A DNA stretch of 64,000 nucleotides from Candidatus Microgenomates bacterium. Its GTDB lineage: Bacteria > Patescibacteriota > Microgenomatia > UBA8517. Positions 56,946 through 64,000 of this stretch are shown piece after piece (within the stretch, counting starts at the first letter, position 1; each line of letters starts with the position of its first letter). The translations under genes and the position numbers were made by a program. The stretch covers positions 455,009-519,008 of the forward strand of contig JBEKNE010000001.1 of the NCBI GenBank assembly GCA_049523135.1, in the 5' to 3' direction. The notes under the pieces were generated by a model that saw nothing but the letters and a program-made list of their open reading frames with translations, searched no databases and was not told where the DNA came from.

Positions 56946-57027
56946 TGCAGGTGAGAGGACTCGAACCTCTATGGGTTGCCCCACACGCCCCTGAAGCGTG
57001 CGCGTCTGCCAATTCCGCCACATCTGC
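56946..57027 (-). tRNA. tRNA-Leu(CAG), class II
   Basis: Manual fold: anticodon stem CACGC/GCGTG with loop TTCAGGG; long variable arm; T-arm AGAGGTTCGAGTCCTCT. One A-C mismatch in the acceptor stem. Confidence 0.75.
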
Positions 57028-57097
57028 GTGTCTGTTCCGCAACTTTGCTTGTTGATTATATCAAAATACTCATAAACTTGACAGATTATCTCCTCTT

Positions 57098-57751
57098 ATG
57101 GCATTCTGGAAAATAATGGAAAGTGAAGATTTCAGTCGAGAAGAAAATATTAGCTTCTGGAAAAATCTAATACTTATAGTTATCTTCTTTGTGGTTACCC
57201 CGTTAGCTTTAGGGGTAAGTCTGTTTTCGCTTTTTTCTCTAAAATCCAATAACATTGCCCAGGAAACTCTTGCCAAGACGAACTTAATAATTTCCCCCCA
57301 ATCCGGAGTTAAAGTTTTTGCCTCTCTTCCTGCCAATCTTCCTTCGGTCTCGGGGTCGGTAGAATCTGCCGATGCCAGACCCGAAATCATCAAGCAATAT
57401 TTGGCTTCATATTCTTCTCCTCTTACTCCTTATGCGGATTTCATTGTTCAGGAAGCTGATAAATATTCGCTTGATTACCGTCTTATTACGGCTATTGCAC
57501 AGCAGGAAAGTAATCTTTGCAAGATTATTCCCCCCAATTCTTACAATTGCTGGGGATGGGGGATTACAAGTGTGGGAAGTCTTGGTTTTGATTCATATTC
57601 CGATGGAATCGATACGGTTTCTCAAGGACTAAGAGAAAACTATTTAAACAAAGGTTATACAACTATCGAAGAAATTATGTCCAAATATACCCCTCAAAGT
57701 AACGGCTCCTGGGCCAGCGGAGTTAATGAATTCATGACCGAAATGGAATAA
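57098..57751 (+). CDS. membrane-anchored GH73/glucosaminidase-like peptidoglycan hydrolase domain protein
   Basis: TM helix, then LDYRLITAIAQQESNLC...NSYNCWGWGI...FDSYSDGIDTV, which resembles the glucosaminidase catalytic-Glu region. Confidence 0.5.
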   Translation: MAFWKIMESEDFSREENISFWKNLILIVIFFVVTPLALGVSLFSLFSLKSNNIAQETLAKTNLIISPQSGVKVFASLPANLPSVSGSVESADARPEIIKQYLASYSSPLTPYADFIVQEADKYSLDYRLITAIAQQESNLCKIIPPNSYNCWGWGITSVGSLGFDSYSDGIDTVSQGLRENYLNKGYTTIEEIMSKYTPQSNGSWASGVNEFMTEME

Positions 57752-57929
57752 TTCCTTAAATAAGGATATCTTCTCCAAAGACTTGACAACCCCATAATAC
57801 TATGCTATAGTACAAGCACATTCCGAGGCTTAGCCATGGAAACATGAGCACGGCGTTGGAATTTATATTTGGGGGATACCTAACGGTATCCCCCTTCTTT
57901 TTAACCTAAAGGTAAACACTATAACAAGT

Positions 57930-58451
57930 ATGAGAAAAATTATTACATATATTCTTATAAATATCGCGTTTCTTTCTTTGACCGCGAGGACTTGCTATGC
58001 GGAAAGTATTTCCGAACAATCCGCAACGATTAAAACAGATACGCAAAACAGTTCTTATGATTACCGTGTGGAAAACCTCAGGGAATTCTTGGAAAAATAT
58101 AATTCACCTCTTGCTCCTTATGCGGAAGATTTTGTAGCCTATGCAGACGCAAACGGATTGGATTATAGACTTGTGCCTGCAATTTCCGGAGTTGAATCCA
58201 CATTCGGAAAAAACATTCCTTTTAATTCCTACAACGCCTACGGATGGGTGAATGGAAACTATGATTTTAGATCATGGCAGGATTCAATAGCGACTGTTTC
58301 CAGCACGCTTAAATATTCCTACATCGATAAGGGTGCCGTGTCCATCCCGCAAATTGCCAAAAGATACGCTCCTCCTTCCAGTACCTGGGGAAGCAAGGTT
58401 AAATATTTTGTATCCAAAATAGACACGCTACCTGTCGGCTTTGATATATAA
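57930..58451 (+). CDS. secreted GH73/glucosaminidase-like protein (paralog of 57098..57751)
   Basis: Signal peptide. LDYRLVPAISGVESTFG...NSYNAYGW...FRSWQDSIATV is collinear with the upstream paralog. Confidence 0.5.
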   Translation: MRKIITYILINIAFLSLTARTCYAESISEQSATIKTDTQNSSYDYRVENLREFLEKYNSPLAPYAEDFVAYADANGLDYRLVPAISGVESTFGKNIPFNSYNAYGWVNGNYDFRSWQDSIATVSSTLKYSYIDKGAVSIPQIAKRYAPPSSTWGSKVKYFVSKIDTLPVGFDI

Positions 58452-58460
58452 TATCGATAT

Positions 58461-58544
58461 GCCGGGGTGGTGAAATGGCATACACGCTAGGTTTAGGACC
58501 TAGTGCCCTTTAAAGGCGTGCAGGTTCAACTCCTGTCCCCGGCA
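58461..58544 (+). tRNA. tRNA-Leu(UAG), class II
   Basis: Manual fold: acceptor GCCGGGG/CCCCGGC; anticodon stem CTAGG/CCTAG with loop TTTAGGA; long variable arm. Confidence 0.88.
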
Positions 58545-58719
58545 CTTAGTTTTTTCAAGTCAACAATTAGCCCCATAGTTTGACTTTTATACGTTTCTGT
58601 GATACTATAAGCTCCTAAAACTATCAGGCTAATGCAGCTTGTTTTTTGTTTTAAAATCGGTCAGTTTGTACATTAAAATTGCGGAAAGTCGTCAATTCTA
58701 CATTTCCAAGGAGGATAAA

Positions 58720-59031
58720 ATGTCTAACATGTATTTCTTACTTACGCAAGTTTTGATTCTTCTTATAGGTTTTCTCATAAAACTAATTTATGAAGCAAAT
58801 ACTGGAAGAAAAGTAACCTATAGAATGTGGCAGCATTACTTATTAGGTATGGTGATTTCTCTGTTGCTTATTTGGCTAGTTTTTAATCAATCTTTTACAC
58901 AATTTAAAGGTTGGTGCATATTAATTATGCTACTGGCCTCAATTGTCTTAGAAGTATTTGAAGTAATTAGACCTAATAACAATGTAGCGTTACTTCCAGA
59001 CAAGAATTCTCACATACCCAAGGAGGAGTAG
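58720..59031 (+). CDS. hypothetical membrane protein
   Basis: Three predicted TM helices. SD aaggagga before the ATG at 58720. Confidence 0.35.
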   Translation: MSNMYFLLTQVLILLIGFLIKLIYEANTGRKVTYRMWQHYLLGMVISLLLIWLVFNQSFTQFKGWCILIMLLASIVLEVFEVIRPNNNVALLPDKNSHIPKEE

Positions 59032-59034
59032 AAA

Positions 59035-59322
59035 ATGCCCAGAATTGTATATGTAATTTTAATTTGTGCCTTAATGTTTAATGTTGTGTTCGCATCGTAT
59101 TTTATGATCTATAACTGGATAGCACGCATATCAAATAAGATACCACCAAAGACTTTGAAAATAAACAAAGCATGGGGAACCTTATTTTATTTTTTGTTTG
59201 TTTGCACAGCTATACCAGTGGCAATGCAGGGAACAGAAGTGTCACCGTATCTGTGGTTTACAATTGTCTTTTCCGGCATCCTCGGAGTCACAAACTTATA
59301 TGAACTGGCAAAAAGTGCCTAG
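59035..59322 (+). CDS. hypothetical membrane protein
   Basis: Three TM helices. SD aaggagg upstream. Confidence 0.35.
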   Translation: MPRIVYVILICALMFNVVFASYFMIYNWIARISNKIPPKTLKINKAWGTLFYFLFVCTAIPVAMQGTEVSPYLWFTIVFSGILGVTNLYELAKSA

Positions 59323-59532
59323 GTTCTTTCCGCAAGATCAAAAACCCTCTGAGTAATCAGAAAAGATGAAAGGAGGGTGTTTTTTTGGCTTAATATGCTA
59401 ATATAAAATCATGGAACCGAGTATTATTCACCTCAATAAATCCCAGAGATCAACACTTGAGCACATGCTTTTTATGTCTATTCCCATCCTTGCTTTTATA
59501 GCAACACTTTTAATCTCTTTAAAATTTCTTAA

Positions 59533-60030
59533 ATGGTAAAACAAATACTTCTTCCGATTTTGGCCGTAGTCGCATTTATCATAATAGTCGGAGTTTTTAC
59601 CCAAAAGTCGGGATTTTTGAACCTGAAAAGTCTTTCCGTCACTCAGCCGACACCCACACCGATGAAAACCCTAACAATAGGATCTAAGACCATTACTGTT
59701 CAAGTTGCCGATACCGAGGCAAAGCGTCAGCAGGGGCTTTCAGGGATAAGCTCCCTCGATGCCAGTTCCGGTATGCTTTTTATCTTCGATACCAAAGGCG
59801 TCGTTACAACTTTCTGGATGAAGGGAATGCTAATCCCACTCGATATGATTTGGATTGCAAACGGCAAAATTATACGGATTGATAAAAATATCCCGGTTCC
59901 CTCTCCAAACACGCCCGATAACAATTTGAAAAGATATTCCGCAGGGAAGCCCATCGATTATGTTCTGGAAGTTAATGCCGGCTTTTCCGATAAAAACAAT
60001 ATTAAAGTAGGCGACAGCGTCGGTATTTAA
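59533..60030 (+). CDS. DUF192 (COG1430) domain protein with signal anchor
   Basis: ITVQVADTEAKRQQGL...GMLFIF...FWMKGMLIPLDMIWI...YVLEVNAGF follows the DUF192 consensus. Confidence 0.7.
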   Translation: MVKQILLPILAVVAFIIIVGVFTQKSGFLNLKSLSVTQPTPTPMKTLTIGSKTITVQVADTEAKRQQGLSGISSLDASSGMLFIFDTKGVVTTFWMKGMLIPLDMIWIANGKIIRIDKNIPVPSPNTPDNNLKRYSAGKPIDYVLEVNAGFSDKNNIKVGDSVGI

Positions 60031-61268
60031 CTTAGGGTAAACTCTTCCAGTTCTTTAATTCCTCCGAATGCAATTCTATCCTGTACCATTTTGGCTCCGC
60101 CGAAGCTTCTGGCGCTCCCGATCGTAAATCCTCCCCATTTTTCATTAACCCTATCCAGAGACCGGACAAGATTCTCTTTCCGCAGGGTATCTTCAAACAT
60201 ATCAAGCTGAAGTGAATTTTCTGCCGTCAAACCAAAACAGGAAACGGCAATATTAAGAACAGGATTTTGAGGATTGGCTTCGGTTAGAAGCCTGAATGCC
60301 GCTTTATAAAAATCCCTTGAATCAAAACACAAGCGCGGCAGAAGTCTACCTTTGTGCCACCACGAGCCGTTTTTATAAACAAGCATAAGTGAAATGCCAC
60401 CTGCCTGGTATCCTGCGCCTCTCAATCTGCTACACATCTTCTCCGTGAGTCTGGCGAGGATTGGGGACAATCCCTCAATTTTGGACAGGTTTGCCCCTAC
60501 AGCTACGGAATTGCCGTAACTATGCCTGCCAAACTCAATTCCGTCAACTTCATAACCTCTAAGGCGTTCGTGCCAGTAGAGGCTATTAATCGAATGGAAA
60601 GCGGCTTTCAATTTCCAAATAGGAGCATTATAAAAATCCTGTACAGAATAAATTCCTACGCTTCCCAGCCTTGCGGCATTTCTTTCTTTTATACCGGTCA
60701 GGTCCGTCAGTTCCATGTGTGAATAAATATCCAAAAAGTTGTTTCTATTAATTTCGGTTAATCCATCCGGTTTATAAAGTCCGGCTGCAACTTTGGCCAA
60801 ATATCTATTGGGTGCAACACCAATTGAAACCGTCAACCAGTCTCCGATTTCTGTTTTTATCCTACTTTTAATTTCTTTAGCCACCTCAATCATGTTTTCC
60901 GATTTTAGTTTTGGGTAATTTTCCATATTTAGAGTAAATTCATCAATACTTTTGGGGACAAAATCATTTGTATAATCCGAGATTAATTTCCGGAGCCCAA
61001 GATGCACATTTCTGTATTTGGAAGGGTCAGGAGGAAGCACCACAAGTTTAGGGTAAATCTTTTTTCCGTCTATTACCCTCATTCCGGTTTTTATTCCCAG
61101 TCTTTTGGCTTCGACAGAAGCCGCCAGAATACAACCTTTATCGGTTACAAAAGCCGCAACCGCTACAGGCTTGCCTCTCAAGAAAGGATTTGCCTGCTGT
61201 TCAATAGAAGCAAAACAGGAATTGATATCGATATGCATTTTATAAGAAGGAGCAGTATTAAATTCCAT
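60027..61268 (-). CDS. dinB: DNA polymerase IV (Y-family)
   Basis: N-terminal IDINSCFASIEQ (Mg-binding Asp) and Y-family palm/fingers motifs. Confidence 0.9.
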   Translation of the reverse strand: MEFNTAPSYKMHIDINSCFASIEQQANPFLRGKPVAVAAFVTDKGCILAASVEAKRLGIKTGMRVIDGKKIYPKLVVLPPDPSKYRNVHLGLRKLISDYTNDFVPKSIDEFTLNMENYPKLKSENMIEVAKEIKSRIKTEIGDWLTVSIGVAPNRYLAKVAAGLYKPDGLTEINRNNFLDIYSHMELTDLTGIKERNAARLGSVGIYSVQDFYNAPIWKLKAAFHSINSLYWHERLRGYEVDGIEFGRHSYGNSVAVGANLSKIEGLSPILARLTEKMCSRLRGAGYQAGGISLMLVYKNGSWWHKGRLLPRLCFDSRDFYKAAFRLLTEANPQNPVLNIAVSCFGLTAENSLQLDMFEDTLRKENLVRSLDRVNEKWGGFTIGSARSFGGAKMVQDRIAFGGIKELEEFTLS

Positions 61269-61488
61269 TTTCTATTTCTTCAAGCTTCCAACCCAAAGTA
61301 TCCGTATTTAATTTAAGTTTGAGGAAAAGTGTGTCAGTCACAACCGAAAAAACATGATAAAGAGTTGAACCTTCACGAAAGTGATGATGCAAACCAATTC
61401 CCGTAATTGTGTAGTTTCTGCCTTTCCAGATAACATATTTCGGATTCCCATTAACCGATCCAACCGTGACAGGTTCGCCAATGATCAT
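61258..61488 (-). CDS. small hypothetical protein co-transcribed upstream of dinB
   Basis: 76-aa ORF overlapping the dinB start by ~10 nt. Confidence 0.3.
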   Translation of the reverse strand: MIIGEPVTVGSVNGNPKYVIWKGRNYTITGIGLHHHFREGSTLYHVFSVVTDTLFLKLKLNTDTLGWKLEEIENGI

Positions 61489-61622
61489 AATTAGTTTTAA
61501 CCCGAATAAAATACGAAGTCAATACATCTTTCTATTACAAATAGCATTCGACTCTGAGTGAAACGAGGTTATCAAGTACTATTATTATCATCTCCTTTGC
61601 CCCAATGTGTTAAAGTTAGTTA

Positions 61623-62621
61623 ATGAAGAAAATTTTGATTTATTTTCTAATTCCGGTTGTTTTTATCCTAATCGGCTGGTTTGCCAATACCGCTTATCAT
61701 TTGCCTAAAAATTCCAATCCGATCTCGCAAATCAAACCCACTCCACTTCTTAAATACACTATTGAAAATCTTTCCCAAAAAACTTTTACGCCATCAGAAA
61801 TAACAATCGTAAAAACGCTTAAAACTTATCCCAAATTCACTTCTTACGAATTTTCCATGAAGTTTTCACCTGATTTTTCGGACAGTTTTAAAACCACATC
61901 CGGAGTTGTTAATATTCCGGTTGGTTCAGGACCTTTTCCCGTAATTGTTATGTACCGCGGGTTTGTCGATCAGACGCAGTATTCAATCGGAGAGGGAACC
62001 CAGCCTGCCGCAACCGTTTTTGCCCAAAATGGTTTCATAACCGTTGCACCCGACTTTTTGGGTTACGGCGATAGCGATAAGGAATCGTCTGATGTTTTTG
62101 AATCACGCTTTCAGACTTATGTCACGGCCGCAACAGTTCTTAAATCGGTCAATTCAATAAAGGGGTGGGACAGAAAAAATATTTTCATTTGGGCACATTC
62201 AAATGGAGGGCAAATTGCCCTGACAACACTCGAAATCACGGGGGTAAACTATCCTACGGCTCTCTGGGCACCCGTAAGCATGCCTTTTCCGGGATCAATT
62301 CTTTATTATGCCTATGAGGCTGATGATCAGGGCAAATACCTTGTAAGTCAGCTTGCCGGTTTTGAAGACACTTATGACACAAATTTGTTTTCTCTAACAA
62401 ATTATTTGGATAAAATCAAAGCTCCAATTCAACTTAATCAAGGCACAGCAGATTCCGAAGTTCCATACTGGATTAGCGATACGCTCAATCAAAATTTAAA
62501 AACAGCAACAGTTTCGGCAGCTTATATTAAATATCCGAGTAACGATCACAATATGAGGCCAAACTGGAATGATGCCATCGAAAACAACCTCTCCTTTTAC
62601 AATTCGCACGTTACGAAGTAA
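61623..62621 (+). CDS. secreted alpha/beta hydrolase (S9/dienelactone hydrolase-like)
   Basis: Signal anchor. Nucleophile elbow IWAHSNGG. Asp/His toward the C-terminus (SNDHN). Confidence 0.6.
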   Translation: MKKILIYFLIPVVFILIGWFANTAYHLPKNSNPISQIKPTPLLKYTIENLSQKTFTPSEITIVKTLKTYPKFTSYEFSMKFSPDFSDSFKTTSGVVNIPVGSGPFPVIVMYRGFVDQTQYSIGEGTQPAATVFAQNGFITVAPDFLGYGDSDKESSDVFESRFQTYVTAATVLKSVNSIKGWDRKNIFIWAHSNGGQIALTTLEITGVNYPTALWAPVSMPFPGSILYYAYEADDQGKYLVSQLAGFEDTYDTNLFSLTNYLDKIKAPIQLNQGTADSEVPYWISDTLNQNLKTATVSAAYIKYPSNDHNMRPNWNDAIENNLSFYNSHVTK

Positions 62622-62641
62622 AATCCTCTTAAGCTAATTTT

Positions 62642-63109
62642 TTGCATAAGGAAAGACATAATGCTTTCAGTAATGCACGCATGAACGCCGTCTTTGACTC
62701 TATACGGCAAGGGAATTCCAGTCCTGATGAATTAATCAAAGCCGCGAGAGAAGCAGAGCTAGACAAAATTGTCGAGATTCGCATGAAATCGGAAAAAAGA
62801 TTTAAATACTACGCAAAGCGGCTAAAAGCCATTAAATCTTTCAGAGAAGCTGATCCTTTAGATGATGTTTACGAGGGAATAGACTTCTGGGTAAGTTTAG
62901 ACGAAAAATTTAACCTGCCGGAATTACCCGTACAAATAAAAAGCTCCTTCAAGGATGTTACTGCTTTCAAACAAGGCGTACCGTTTGAACGGCCTAAAGG
63001 AATAGAAATTGTTACAAATACCGGGCCTTCAACAAAATTTAAGGGCTTTAATCGCCAAATATTTGAAGAAATATCAAGAATTAAAGAAATACTGGAAAAT
63101 CGTAATTAA
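62642..63109 (+). CDS. hypothetical protein
   Basis: ORF only. Confidence 0.3.
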   Translation: MHKERHNAFSNARMNAVFDSIRQGNSSPDELIKAAREAELDKIVEIRMKSEKRFKYYAKRLKAIKSFREADPLDDVYEGIDFWVSLDEKFNLPELPVQIKSSFKDVTAFKQGVPFERPKGIEIVTNTGPSTKFKGFNRQIFEEISRIKEILENRN

Positions 63110-63179
63110 AGATAGTAACTCTTTCAAAATCCGCTAAAACTAGCTTTTTATTCCTATCTTTTGAAACTTTAGACAAATA

Positions 63180-63440
63180 TTACTGTCTTGGTTCCATCGG
63201 GCGAGCTATGTTGACGTTCAATTTGCGGCCTTTAAGGTCATATTGATTGAACATTTCGGTAGCTTTTTTAGCCTCTTCGTCACTGGACATGGTCACAAAA
63301 CCAAATCCACGGGACCTTCCGGTCATTTTGTCGCTTATAACGGCGGCGTCAACGACTGTTCCGGCACCTGCGAAAAGAGCTTTAAGGTCATCGGCTGTTA
63401 CTTCCCACGCCAAATTTCCTACAAAAAGTTTAGATTGCAT
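63180..63440 (-). CDS. RRM-type RNA-binding protein
   Basis: RNP-2 KLFVGNL and RNP-1 RGFGFVTM. Confidence 0.8.
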   Translation of the reverse strand: MQSKLFVGNLAWEVTADDLKALFAGAGTVVDAAVISDKMTGRSRGFGFVTMSSDEEAKKATEMFNQYDLKGRKLNVNIARPMEPRQ

Positions 63441-63558
63441 TTTAGATTAAATTTTCACCTCCCTGCTATTTCGAAGTCGGTCAAAGGCGAAGCTCAATCA
63501 CTTGAAGCTTTACTCTCCCTTGAAAACTCTGTGTATAGTATATAATAATAAACTGTAA

Positions 63559-63759
63559 ATGGCAAATATTGACAGCAAAGCTGATAAAACTATCAAGGTA
63601 ACAGAACCACCCAAAATCCCAACGTTAAATATCGGCGGCGGGAGGACGTCCACATTCTCTTTAGGGAAATCCTTTGCACCTAAAGGTGTCCCCAAAAGCA
63701 GATTTAACCAGGCCACATTCCATACTCAACATAAGGGTGGCACAGCCGGGGGAAAGTAG
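63559..63759 (+). CDS. small hypothetical protein
   Basis: ORF only, Lys/Gly-rich. Confidence 0.2.
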   Translation: MANIDSKADKTIKVTEPPKIPTLNIGGGRTSTFSLGKSFAPKGVPKSRFNQATFHTQHKGGTAGGK

Positions 63760-63773
63760 TATATAATAGCCAC

Positions 63774-64000
63774 ATGCCTGATAAAATCACTTCCGTTATT
63801 GCCCGAGAGTCCGACGGTAATATCCAAATAACTTTTACAATTCCCTTTTCCATGGTTAAGACAGCTGAAGAGGAAACTATAAAAGAATTTGCCAAAGATG
63901 CCGAAATCCCGGGATTCAGAAAAGGAATGGCTCCCCTCAGCAAAGTTGCAGAGAAAATTTCCCAAAGTCAGCTTGTTGAACACTCACTTACTCATATCTT
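63774..64000 (+). CDS. tig: trigger factor (3' end truncated by window edge)
   Basis: MPDKITSVIARESDGNIQITFTIP...IPGFRKGMAPLSKV matches the trigger-factor N-terminal ribosome-binding domain. The frame is open to the window end. Confidence 0.8.
   Translation, partial: MPDKITSVIARESDGNIQITFTIPFSMVKTAEEETIKEFAKDAEIPGFRKGMAPLSKVAEKISQSQLVEHSLTHI

Noticed and set aside
56842-57055. ORFs 56842..57042(-) and 56846..57055(+)
   Set aside because: They lie entirely over the tRNA-Leu-like and tRNA-Leu(CAG) genes. Spurious translation of GC-rich tRNA sequence.

Overview
This is a low-GC, gene-dense bacterial window, probably from a reduced-genome Patescibacteria/CPR-like lineage. The basis for that is the small genome-style content: archaeal-type bifunctional PGI/PMI, a DRG-family GTPase, short UvrC and FtsK, and many secreted or surface proteins. 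This lineage assignment is inference only. Core content is a partial 5' dnaE, rplS, ruvC, a holA-like gene and a glycolytic/gluconeogenic block (phosphohexomutase, PGI/PMI, ppsA, eno, gpmI). There is also a SOS/NER set (lexA divergent from uvrB, then uvrA, uvrC, dinB), secG, pyrG and the 5' end of tig. At least 13 tRNA genes are present. TGA is a genuine stop in this genome (dnaE, eno and the serine integrase all end on TGA). Mobile and selfish DNA is prominent:
- uvrB carries a ~538-aa intein inserted in its P-loop, with LAGLIDADG motifs and an XRE-type HTH.
- A ~6.3-kb integrative element lies at tRNA-Leu(UAA). Its large serine recombinase runs into the tRNA 3' end. The element encodes a RecA/DnaB-like ATPase, a terS-like protein and small DNA-binding proteins, which is a phage-satellite-like gene content.
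- A decayed copy of the same recombinase abuts tRNA-His.
- Free-standing HNH and LAGLIDADG-like endonuclease genes sit in the tRNA cluster; the LAGLIDADG-like gene is broken by an in-frame TGA.
Other notable items are a tRNA-like gene with a ~30-nt insertion in its anticodon arm, a tight ftsK-like/Mrr-cat nuclease/unknown operon, a 1096-aa NHL-repeat surface protein, and paralogous lipoprotein and GH73-like families.
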